Assembly: GCA_964016885.1 (NCBI GenBank)
Contig: OZ024749.1
Location: 21,762,001 to 21,826,000, forward strand
Length of the DNA stretch: 64,000 bases
Direction: 5' to 3'
Source of the DNA: Eledone cirrhosa
Lineage: Eukaryota
Part shown: in pieces, positions 52,313 to 64,000 of the stretch
How the letters are laid out: each line of letters begins with the position of its first letter
Position numbering within the stretch: position 1 is the first letter of the stretch
Notes under the pieces: generated by a model
Databases searched by the model: none
Told to the model about the DNA's origin: nothing
What the model saw: the letters and a program-made list of their open reading frames with translations, nothing else
Program-made: the position numbers and the translations under genes

Positions 52313-52775
52313 TGAATTTTTTAATATAAGGAACTGTTTCTTTGTTTTTATTCATTATTTTTATTAATTTATTATATATATATATATATTATTTATATAT
52401 ATATATTATATAATTGTATGAAATATTGTATGAAATATTGATTGTTATTCTGGTATCTTATCTCTGTTTTTAGCTAAGAAAATACCTATATGCGTGTATA
52501 AATAATACATGCATATATTTATTTTTTTAAATGTAATTGCGTTCTTCACACGCAAGGTTAAAATTATTGAAAGAATTAATTGACCCGCGTGCATATTATT
52601 TTATTTTTTTATGTTTTGCGATGACCTCCCCTTTCCGCTTGATGACAGTGTGAAATTTCTCATTCTGAGACTGCTGGAATTTCAAATTTGGCGGTCATTC
52701 TGACACGGAAGGGGCCCATCGTTGAACATTGGATATCGGTAAGAAAATTTTTTTTATATCAATGTTTGACGGGCA

Positions 52776-52896
52776 TCCACTGATGATTTATAAGTGCCCA
52801 CCTGCATATATTCCTACGGACTATGTGTAGGCTTCTACATAACCTGGACACATTTTCCCAGCTTGTAGAAAACTTATAATGAAACAATTGTTTGGA
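52776..52896 (+). ncRNA. Type I hammerhead, family C, copy 4
   Basis: Identical fold to copy 3. Confidence 0.8.
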
Positions 52897-53062
52897 AAGG
52901 GAGATGTATTTTAATTATGTCTCATACAACTGGCTATCCGCAAAATACATATAGTTAGGACTCCAAACATAAAATTGGGATTATACTAAGGTATATCGTA
53001 ATATTTGTTGAGTGAGATGGAAGCCAGTCAGAGTATTGCTTAAAGCTTTCTCTGTTAATGTA

Positions 53063-53133
<71 letters not shown>

Positions 53134-53248
53134 ATATATGTATATTATATATATATATATATATTATATATATTTATATTATATATATATATATACTTTT
53201 TTTTTAATATATATATATATTATATATATATATATATATTTTATATAA

Positions 53249-53279
<31 letters not shown>

Positions 53280-53470
53280 ATATATATTATATATATATAT
53301 ATATATATTATACATATATATATTATATACATATATATATATTATACATATATATATATAATATATATTATATATATATATATATTATATATATATATAT
53401 TATATATATATATTATATACATATATATATATATATACATATATATATATTATATATATATATATATATT

Positions 53471-53583
<113 letters not shown>

Positions 53584-53745
53584 ATATATTATATATATAT
53601 ATATATGTATATTATATATATATGTAGATAAATCTACCAAAATATACGGCTGTGTCCAATCCGTATGAAGAACTCAATGTAATCCAAATATCATGAAAAT
53701 AGAAAATATATTCAAAATTTTTTCGATTATATATTTATAATATAT

Positions 53746-53875
53746 TTGTTTCTGAAGACAGCATATATATGTGTAGGTATGTATATTCCCTCTGATAGTT
53801 TGTAAAATTCTAACATAGATCTATATGATATACATACAAACACACATATATATCCTAGAAACGATCGCAAAATGA
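53746..53875 (+). ncRNA. Hammerhead-like motif, family D, copy 3
   Basis: As copy 2. Confidence 0.55.
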
Positions 53876-54185
53876 TGAATTTTTTAATATAAGGAACTGT
53901 TTCTTTGTTTTTATTCATTATTTTTATTAATTTATTATATATATATTATTTATATATATATATTATATAATTGTATGAAATAATTATTTCTACCTTTGGC
54001 AATTTTTCTTTATCTATCTCTCCCTTTCTTTTCTCCACGTTTGTCTCTCTCTCCATCTTTTTACTTACTCTTAACACTATGACTTACTAAAGTAAACAAA
54101 TCACTATCCCGATGTCCTCCAAAAACAACGGTCAATTTTTTAAAAGGGGTACGTCAATGTCTATTTATAAAACTGTTATATATTG

Positions 54186-54250
54186 TATTTTGTCTGATGA
54201 AGGCATACCATAATGTAACTTGGTATCCTTGAAATATATATAATGAAATA
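54186..54250 (+). ncRNA. Type I hammerhead, family E
   Basis: TATTTTGT-CTGATGA-AGGC.ATACCA.loop.TGGTAT.CCTT-GAAA-TATATA-TA-ATGAAATA: 8-bp helix I (2 wobbles), palindromic helix III, AATAAA at 54247-54252. Confidence 0.75.
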
Positions 54251-54377
54251 AATATGGTTTTATAAATATAGTTTCCATTTATTAATATCGTATATCTACT
54301 CCAAATATGTGTCGAGTGCTTTATATCAGTTATAAAAATATTTGCTTGTTGTTTCCCAACAATTTAAATAAAACTTT

Positions 54378-54461
<84 letters not shown>

Positions 54462-54602
54462 AATATTGTTATACTTTGGGAGGGTCATGTTGCCAATGAG
54501 AAACACACGCACCAGTTGCTTTCACTTCAATTTATTATAAATTAAATTTATAAATTTCCGGTTGGATGGTTGGTTTCACAACCAGACGATTGTTCATATA
54601 TT

Positions 54603-54645
54603 GTCAAAATGTTTTCGTCACACATTCTGTGACCTCTTCAGTGAC
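54603..54645 (-). ncRNA. Minimal hammerhead, family F (left arm)
   Basis: Minus strand GTCA-CTGAAGA-G.GTCACA.gaatg.TGTGAC-GAAA-ACAT-TT-TGAC. Confidence 0.75.
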
Positions 54646-54716
54646 AACACACACAAAAACAAGATGGCGTAGGACAGAACAAAGTAGTGGCACAAAAACT
54701 AATAAAAGAATCCCCA

Positions 54717-54759
54717 GTCACTGAAGAGGTCACAGAATGTGTGACGAAAGAACTTTGAC
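54717..54759 (+). ncRNA. Minimal hammerhead, family F (right arm)
   Basis: GTCA-CTGAAGA-G.GTCACA.gaatg.TGTGAC-GAAA-GAAC-TT-TGAC. Confidence 0.78.
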
Positions 54760-54964
54760 AATATATGAACAATCGTCTGGTTGTGGAACCAACCAACCAA
54801 CCAACTTGAAATTTATAAATTTATAAATTTAATTTATAATAAATTGAAGTGAAAGCAAATGGTGCGTGTGTTTCTTATTGGCAACATGACCCTCCCAAAG
54901 TATAACAATATCGGTTTCAACACACGTTTTCAGATAAAGAATCTTGCAAACAAATTCAGAAACG

Positions 54965-54967
<3 letters not shown>

Positions 54968-55024
<57 letters not shown>

Positions 55025-55037
55025 CATCTGTGTGTAA

Positions 55038-55090
<53 letters not shown>

Positions 55091-55177
55091 CACACATATA
55101 TATATATATATATATATATCATATATGTATATCTTTGTGTGTATATATATGTATATATATATATATACACACACACA

Positions 55178-55267
<90 letters not shown>
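54968..55267. repeat. (TA)n followed by (CA)n microsatellite
   Basis: Direct reading. Confidence 0.95.
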
Positions 55268-55269
<2 letters not shown>

Positions 55270-55680
55270 GTCGTGCAGACTGGATAAACAAAGAAAGACT
55301 GCAGGTATATCGATTAAAATAAACGTAAACACAAACATAGGCGTCTTTAGCCGGAAGACATTGGTAACATATCGGAAATGAACTGGGTTACATACACCCG
55401 TAGGATGGAAGCAAGTAAACACGAAAACTGTACAAATTCGTGTCTCTTCCCTTTGCACGTAGTTAACCTATAGTAAAAGGCATCTGCACGTTTCCTGAGA
55501 ATGCAATAAAAAATATATTTCCCTGTAGTATTGAATGAAAGAACTCTGTATATGAATTTATTAAGGGAAAATGAATTAATATAATGTTGAATATATAAAA
55601 TATAGAAAAACTCAAAGCAACACCTGAAAGTAAACTCATATTATATTGTAATATACATTTAATATAATATAGTATAATAT

Positions 55681-55864
55681 AATTGTTTCTACTTTTGGCA
55701 CAAGGCCAGAAAATACCCAGTGTATTACTGGTACTTTATTTTATTGACCCCGTAAGGATGAAAGGCAAAGTAAACCTCGGCGGGATTTGAACTGAGAATG
55801 GCAAGGGCCGTAACTCTTTGCATCAAAGCATGGCGTCCGACCCCCTACCGATACTGCCAATCCA
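55681..55864 (-). mobile_element. tRNA-derived SINE
   Basis: Reverse complement of the 44770 family. Confidence 0.88.
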
Positions 55865-56161
55865 ATTGTATAATGTAATATCATATATATTATTATATTA
55901 TATAGCATAATTTAATATAATACAATATAATATAATCTGCGATAATACAATATGATATAATATAATATATAATATAATATAATGTAATATAATGTAATAT
56001 AATATCGTATGATATATTATATTATATTATATTATAATATACAATCTCAGATTATATATGGTATATTATAAATCCTATTTTATTCTATATTATGTTATAG
56101 TATTTTATATTTTACTATGGTATGCTATATTACATTATAATGTATTATAATGTATTATATA

Positions 56162-56350
56162 GCGGTGGATTGGCAGTGTCGGTAGAGGGTCGGACGCCAT
56201 GCTTTGACGTATAGAGTTACGGCCCTTGCCATTCTGAGTTCACATCCCGCCGAGGTTAACTTTGCCTTTCATCCTTACGGGGTCGATAAAATAAAGTACC
56301 AGTAATGTACTGTGTAATTGCTGGCCTTGTGCCAAAAGTAGCAACAATTA
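56162..56350 (+). mobile_element. tRNA-derived SINE
   Basis: gcggtggattggcag...gtagcaacaatta. Confidence 0.88.
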
Positions 56351-56388
56351 TATAGTATTATATTACATTATATTATATTATACTAAAG

Positions 56389-56499
56389 TCAAATCCCGCC
56401 GAGGTTGACTTTGCCTTTCATCCTTACGGGGTCGATAAAATAAAGTACCAGTAATGCACTGGGTAATTGCTGGCCTTGTGCCTAAAATAGAAACAATTA
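56389..56499 (+). mobile_element. 5'-truncated SINE
   Basis: Starts within the B box (tcaaatcccgccgagg) and ends gaaacaatta. Confidence 0.85.
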
Positions 56500-56518
56500 T
56501 ATTATATTTTATGAGGTT

Positions 56519-56571
56519 TTATTTCGTTTGCGTAACCTTATTTTTAAAATAAGGTTACGCAAACGAAATAA
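56519..56571. repeat. Perfect 53 bp palindrome
   Basis: TTATTTCGTTTGCGTAACCTTATTTT-t-AAAATAAGGTTACGCAAACGAAATAA (26-bp arms). Confidence 0.95.
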
Positions 56572-56750
56572 TGGATTCTTTTGCTGCATTCTACCGAGAG
56601 AGGACCGAGCTAACCAAATCGCCATTTTTCCTGAGGGACCTAGCCAACCTCACTTCCATCTCGTGGACCCCAGAGGATCGAGCTAACCTCACCCCCATGG
56701 AGTGTTCCCATGGGATTTAGTCAACCATACCTCCTTGCGATTATTAATAA

Positions 56751-57018
56751 GAAGAGTTGAAATTAATGCATGTAAGATTCCATAGCTCTAGCATCACTCT
56801 TTCATAGTCAATCAAAGAACTTTTAAGCCAAACCTCGCGAGAAGAGTTGAAATTAATGCATGCAAGATTTCATAACTCTAGCATCACTCTTTCATAGTCA
56901 GCCAAAGAAGTTTTAAGCCAAATCTCGTGAGAAGAGTTGAAATTAATGCATGCAAGATTTCATAGCTCCAGCATCACTCTTTCGTAGTCAGCCAAAGAAC
57001 TTTTAAGCCGACTCTCGT
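56751..57018. repeat. 90 bp minisatellite x3
   Basis: gaagagttgaaattaatgcatg at 56751, 56841 and 56931. Confidence 0.93.
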
Positions 57019-57139
57019 ATATTTACCAGGAATAAACTAAGTGAAACGAAAAACGGAAGTTACTGGCTGCATCAATACTGAAAGAATTGGGTAGAATGTT
57101 TGATTGATGTTGTGTTTGGAGGTTGTGTTGACATTACAT

Positions 57140-57563
57140 GAATCGGCACGTAGGGGGAGATTGTTAAAAATCGAAAAAGGCAAAAATGCGGAACAAATAT
57201 GTTGCAGAAACAACAACAAGCTTATAATCAGAGCAAAACGTGTTTAACTGAAAAGTACCCAGAAATGACAAAATGCCAACAGAATGTTGAAATATCTTAC
57301 ACAAGAATCCACATTCTTACATACAAAAGGAAAAAAATGTGTGAAAATCTACGGAAACAATCATTTGCAAATAGAATTTTGAACAGTTGGAGAAAAGAAA
57401 ATATATACAAAAATAAGTAAAGGGCACTTAACTCGTGATGGAGTCTTAAGGGGCCCCGTGCTGATATATGTAGCGCCTCCAGGGCATTTAAAACCTGGTG
57501 GAGAGCATTTCTCCCCTGCTGGAACACAGTTTGTTTCTAAAACCACTGGAAAATAATAATAAT
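57140..57563 (+). mobile_element. Probable 3' fragment of a CR1-group LINE (decayed ORF2 C-terminus, 3' UTR, (AAT)n tail)
   Basis: ORF 57199-57420 contains TRIH.LTYKRKK...NLRKQSFANRILNSW, resembling the TRGH..KL.K.....R..FFS.RV.N.W motif at CR1 ORF2 ends; the fragment ends in aataataataat. Confidence 0.5.
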
Positions 57564-57573
57564 GACGATATGA

Positions 57574-57849
57574 TTAACCCTTCAGCATTTACATTACTCT
57601 ATATATACTATTGTATTTTCCAGGTAATGGCTTTATCTCACATAACATTTACATTACTCTATATAAATTATTGTATTTCCAAGGTAAAGGCTTTACCTCA
57701 CAGAATATCGAATCTATGAGATTTTGATATTATTTATTTTGAAAACAATACCTTAACATCAGTAAGAGCAGCTGGTTATAGCCGGTTTGAAAAGAAAGAG
57801 GCGAGAGAATTCTGGTTGGATATGGGCGGATAAAATACTAAATGGTTAA
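57574..57849. mobile_element. piggyBac-type MITE (TTAA-flanked)
   Basis: TTAA|CCCTTCAGCATTT ... AAATACTAAATGG|TTAA imperfect TIRs; internal 60-bp duplication near 57587-57702. Confidence 0.65.
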
Positions 57850-57894
57850 ACAGACGAGAAACAACCAAAATCAATGTTAAATTAACACAAAAAA

Positions 57895-58340
57895 GTACAA
57901 AACCAAATGTATTCAGAGCAGTAGGTTGTCAAGGCATACTGAGCGACACTCGTTAGAGCAGATAAAAGATGCAGTAAAAATATGACAGCTGAGAAGTAGG
58001 AACAATAAATTCATGATTAATTAGACGAAAATGAACCCCAATAAACAAAAAAAAAAAGATACAAAATCATAGGAAGAAATTGCAAAACCGAAGCTACACT
58101 CAGAAGGTTGTCAAGGCTCACATACAGCGCTCGTTAGAGCAGATAAAGGATGCAATAAAAATAAGATAACGGGAAAATATAACAAAATCTAATTTCATGA
58201 TTAAATAGAGAGAGAAAAAAAACTCCCGTAAACAATGTGAATTATAGAAAAAGGGAAAGATCAACATAAGAATGTAAAACCAAAGCTACACGCTGCAGGT
58301 AACCAGTGCACACAAAGCTACGCTCATTAGTGCAGACAAT
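57895..58340. repeat. Diverged ~185 bp tandem units x3
   Basis: aaaacc.aa...ctcgttagagcagataaa motif near 57900 and 58085, more diverged near 58278. Confidence 0.65.
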
Positions 58341-58562
58341 GTGTTACTTAAATATAAGTATGTACACGTACATACATATATGTATACAGACGTACAGTAG
58401 TATGTATATATATATACATACATGCACACATATATATATATGTACGTATGGATTCACCGAACATTTATTATAATGCTCGGTGTGTTTGTAAACAAACATC
58501 CCGTATTAAGCCGTAGTGTCCAACAACCATCGTTGCTCATTTGTTCAACACTGACAAAGGAA

Positions 58563-58603
58563 CTCTGTACTAGTTTCAAGCTTATTAGCTATCGTCAGCA
58601 ACG
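58563..58603 (-). ncRNA. Minimal hammerhead, family G
   Basis: Minus strand CGTTG-CTGACGA-T.AGCT.aata.AGCT.T-GAAA-CTAG-TA-CAGAG; palindromic ACTAGT. Part of a repeat (~58345-58740) shared with 62690-63740. Confidence 0.75.
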
Positions 58604-58754
58604 TATACCTTCCTGCCAGATTGTTGAACGTATATACTTACCTTATGCATATTAACGGCTGAGTAGCCCAATTTGCATATCGAGTGGGTTAATCGGCCGG
58701 GTGCACCGAAAACGATAAACGGAAAAAATGAAACGAAGTTTCAACGTCTTCGTT

Positions 58755-60130
58755 TGTGTAGTTGGTGTTGCGAATACGGAGTTAATTATAAATAAAATAA
58801 CAGGAGGCTGGACTGGTGTAAATCCTTGAAAGGTTTATTATATTTTGATTATTTCAATGACCGGGTTCCATATGAATACGGTGATATCATCAGGTATTGG
58901 AATATAACAAAGGAATATGTAAAAAACCCTGGGTCCGAAAAATCAGAGACAGAGACAAAGAGGGCGACTGACCAACTAGCTGCTTTCACCTCGGTCAGTC
59001 GCCCTCAAAGTGATGGCAACTTAATCCACTAATGACCATCTGGTGAGGGGGCGAAGGTTTATAATGCACTACCTCCTCTCCGTCAAAGAAAAAGAGGAAG
59101 AAAGAAACAAAGGAAGAAAGAAGAAAAGAGGAAGAAAGAAGTCAGCGTAAGGGTCACACTACAATCATGCTAGAAAACGCCGCGAAAAATGCTACTCCAA
59201 AGAATCTATATTTAACAAAGGCATATATAATTGTTTCTACTATTGGCACAAGGCCAGAAATTACCCAGTACATTACTGGTACTTTATTTTATCGACCCCG
59301 TAAGGATAAAAGGCAAAGTTAACCTCGGCGGGATTTGAACTCAGAATGGCAAGGGCCGTAACTCTATGCGTCAAAGCATGGCGTCCGACCCTCTACCGAT
59401 ACTGCCAATCCACCGCCCTTAAAGGCATATATAATGGGTGTCTGTATGGTCTAATGTGTGAACCGAAAATTTGAACGTTAAACTTATGTTACGGGTTATA
59501 GGATGAAACTAAATTAAAAAATATTAAATTGCAAAATGATAAATTGAAAAATAAATTATTAGAAAATTAAAGGTTAAGATGGCGGGATTAATATAATGAA
59601 CTTACAGAGAGAGTCGTATATGGAAAAGTTAATCTCGATAAGATATCAGGATGGGATATAGAGTAAAGATTTCGATTGTGAATCCCAGCCAGCACCTCCT
59701 AACCACTAGTCAGCCAGTTACGAGTGGTATCATCGAGCGAAAGAAATGGAAATTAATTTTTCCGAGTACTCTAGCAACGTAGCTACCAGTAGGCCCCGGG
59801 AGTGCTAGCGGGAAGTCTACAATTTCTACAGGCCATCGTCTATACCAAACGTATATTATTAATTCACACATGAGAGGTTTATTTACGTGCCAGTAGAGAC
59901 ATGAAACAGCTAACAGTTATGCCTAAGCCTGGAGTTTATAGGTATAAGTATAATATGGCGGCCAAAACAGGCGGCGCGGTGGGAGCGGGGCAAAGCAAGC
60001 TGCTCCGAGTAATTTCGTTTACCGAAAGAGAGGAAATTTATTTTTCCAAGCACTCAAGGAAGGCTGAACTTTCCGAGTGCCCAGCGCGCAGCCGGGAAAA
60101 GCCACCACATAAGTCGAAGGTAGCAACCCA
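58755..60130 (-). mobile_element. Diverged copy of the family A element, interrupted by a SINE
   Basis: 58755-59150 parallels 46668-47090, including a decayed hammerhead at 58840-58897; 59955-60060 parallels 47516-47625. Confidence 0.65.
59232..59420 (-). mobile_element. tRNA-derived SINE with 15-bp TSD
   Basis: TSD aaaggcatatataat at 59217-59231 and 59421-59435. Confidence 0.92.
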
Positions 60131-60244
60131 ATTTACAACATTCTTACAGACTTTGAGTCGAATCGGTTTGAAATTGTACAAATATATAAACGTGGAACAT
60201 GCAGACACACACACACACAACAACAACAAACTGCCTTTTATAGA

Positions 60245-60427
60245 TAATTGTTTCTACTTTAGGCACAAGGCCAGCAATTACCCAGTGCATTACTGGTACT
60301 TTATTTTATCGACCCCGTAAGGATGAAAGGCAAAGTCAACCTCGGCGGGATTTGAACTCAGATCGTAAAGGGACGTAACTATGCTGGAAAGCATGGCGTC
60401 CGACCCTCTACCGATACTGCCAATCCA
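60245..60427 (-). mobile_element. tRNA-derived SINE
   Basis: Near-identical reverse complement of the 44770 copy. Confidence 0.9.
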
Positions 60428-60430
60428 TAC

Positions 60431-60594
<164 letters not shown>

Positions 60595-60599
60595 TTATG

Positions 60600-60672
<73 letters not shown>

Positions 60673-60919
60673 AAGTGTAATGAATTCTTTTACAATGGAA
60701 TTAGCTCGAAGAAGGAAATATTTCTGAGCCGTGTCTAAACTAATATATATGATGAAACACAGATACCAACACATCTGTATTTATATTGCAAGAGAAAATT
60801 TAGCCACAATGAAGTATACTAATTATTATACTACAGTTTGTCCATATCGATTTAAAATAATAAATCAACAAAGACGAACTGCATTGCCAAATGGCTATGA
60901 TGTTTAGACACATTTAAAT

Positions 60920-60961
60920 ATCAAAGTTCTTTCGTTGCACATCTGCAACATCGTCAGTGGT
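60920..60961 (-). ncRNA. Minimal hammerhead, F-like
   Basis: Minus strand ACCA-CTGACGA-T.GTTGCA.gatg.TGCAAC-GAAA-GAAC-TT-TGAT. Confidence 0.72.
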
Positions 60962-61120
60962 GCTATTGTTTCCTCCCGTTGCATTGTATTTTCTTCGCCA
61001 TCATTATTTAGTCTGTTTATATATTTATTTATTTGTTTATTTTATTTTGTCTTCTTTGCGCATGCGTTTGCGTGTGTGTGTAGTGTTTTGTTTGATGTGT
61101 GTTCGTGATTGGCCTCCCTG

Positions 61121-61534
<414 letters not shown>

Positions 61535-61606
61535 ATAATAATAATAATAAAATTATTGCAACGTTTTTTGAAATATCCAGTTCTGCGTTTAAAGATTGAC
61601 TTTGTT

Positions 61607-61657
61607 AGTTTCAGAAGATCCCGTTAAGGGTGAAAGCAACGATTCTTTGCTTAAACT
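61607..61657 (+). ncRNA. Hammerhead-like motif, family B
   Basis: AGTTT-CAGAAGA-T.CCC.gttaa.GGG.T-GAAA-GCAA.cgattct.TTGC-TT-AAACT, inside 61556-61678, an inverted copy of ~43731-43853. Confidence 0.55.
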
Positions 61658-61742
61658 TTAATCTGTTATTTTAATAAATATATATATATATATATATATA
61701 TAGGAGGAGTTTCTAGTTCAATTGAAGCATTGTGTAATGAGG

Positions 61743-62678
<936 letters not shown>

Positions 62679-63124
62679 ACTATGTATGTATGTATACATA
62701 CATACATATATGTATACAGACGTACAGTAGTATGTATATATATACATACATGCACACATATATATATGCACGTATCGGTTTACCTAACATTTATTATAAT
62801 GTTCGGTTTGTTTGTAAACAAGCAAACAGCCCGAATTGCGCCGTACAGTGGTTAGGCAACCACGTCACCTTTTTGTTCAACACTGACACAGGAAGGATGT
62901 ACGTCTGTATACATATATGTATGTACGTATACATACATACTTACATTTAAGTAAGTGCCGTACTAAGAGTGAGAAATGAAATTTCGTTTCATTCTATTTC
63001 ATTTATCGTTTTCGGTGCGCCCGGCCGACTAAACTTACTCGATATGCAATTTAGGCTGCTCAGCCGTTAATATGCATAAGGAAAGTATATACTTTCAGAT
63101 GTTCAACCATCAGGCAGGAAGGTA

Positions 63125-63169
63125 TACGATGCTGACGTTAGCTAATAAGCTTGAAACTCGTACATCGTA
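63125..63169 (+). ncRNA. Hammerhead family G, variant copy
   Basis: TACGATG-CTGACGT-T.AGCT.aata.AGCT.T-GAAA-CTCG-TA-CATCGTA: 7-bp helix I, but core A9->U. Confidence 0.6.
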
Positions 63170-63190
63170 ATACATATATATATATATGAA

Positions 63191-63343
<153 letters not shown>

Positions 63344-63550
63344 GTATATATATATGTATATATATATATATATATATATAAACGGAAAAAATGAAACGAA
63401 ATTTCATTTCTCACTCTTAGTACGGCTGTTATCGTTTTCGGTACCCCGGCCGATTAACTCACTCGATTTGCTAATTAGGCTGCTCAGCCGTTAATATGCA
63501 TAAGGAAAGTATATACTTTCAGATGTTCAACCATCTGGCAGGAAGGTATA

Positions 63551-63591
63551 CGTTGCTGACGATAGCTAATAAGCTTGAAACTAGTAGAGCG
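63551..63591 (+). ncRNA. Minimal hammerhead, family G
   Basis: CGTTG-CTGACGA-T.AGCT.aata.AGCT.T-GAAA-CTAG-TA-GAGCG: intact core, GUA triplet, first helix I pair mismatched. Confidence 0.72.
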
Positions 63592-63731
63592 TTCCTTTGT
63601 CAGTGTTGAAAAAATGAGCAACGATGGTTGCTAGACACTGTACAGCTTAATTTGGGATGTTTGTTTACAAACACACCGAGCATTATAATAAATGTTCGGT
63701 GAATCCATACGTACATATATATATGTGTGCA

Positions 63732-63734
<3 letters not shown>

Positions 63735-63827
<93 letters not shown>

Positions 63828-63834
63828 TATATAC

Positions 63835-63904
<70 letters not shown>

Positions 63905-63905
63905 G

Positions 63906-63964
<59 letters not shown>

Positions 63965-64000
63965 ATATATATATATGTATATATATATATGTATATATAT
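63735..64000. repeat. (TA)n microsatellite
   Basis: Direct reading. Confidence 0.95.

Larger units (their letters stand above)
54463..54911. mobile_element. Head-to-head inverted pLTR-like pair (family F) inside (TA)n
   Basis: Arms 54463-54645 and 54717-54911 with a 71-bp spacer; each arm starts at a hammerhead and carries AATAAA. Confidence 0.8.

Noticed and set aside
56751-57018. CRISPR-like array
   Set aside because: Whole 90-bp units are repeated with no unique spacers; eukaryotic context, no cas genes.
60700-60740. tcgaagaaggaaatatttctgagc hammerhead-like hairpin
   Set aside because: Lacks both an intact CTGANGA and GAAA.

Overview
Non-coding eukaryotic DNA; I can support no intact protein-coding gene, and almost all listed ORFs are translations of simple repeats. 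The tRNA-derived SINE family and the long (TA)n tracts resemble an octopus-type cephalopod genome (recognition from memory, not verified). Bases 1-~41570 are a composite telomere-like satellite: degenerate (TTAGGG)n blocks alternate with T-rich blocks of 8-9 bp units (TTTTTTCGA/TTTTTTCA). It is organised in nested higher-order duplications (~0.73, 1.66, ~3.2, ~7.4, ~9.6 and 11.47 kb offsets). The one long perfect tract, (TTAGGG)45, sits exactly where the 11.47-kb duplication ends. The G-rich strand points toward the non-telomeric DNA, so this is not a simple left chromosome end. Bases ~41571-64000 are (TA)n microsatellites filled with short mobile-element pieces. By manual folding I find 21 type I hammerhead-ribozyme-like motifs from about 8 sequence families in ~20 kb. 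Most have a short or palindromic helix III and lie in direct-repeat, tandem or head-to-head inverted arrangements typical of Penelope-like element pLTRs and retrozymes. Also present: six SINE copies (two with clear TSDs), a TTAA-flanked MITE, a CR1-like 3' fragment, several minisatellites and two short hairpin palindromes.
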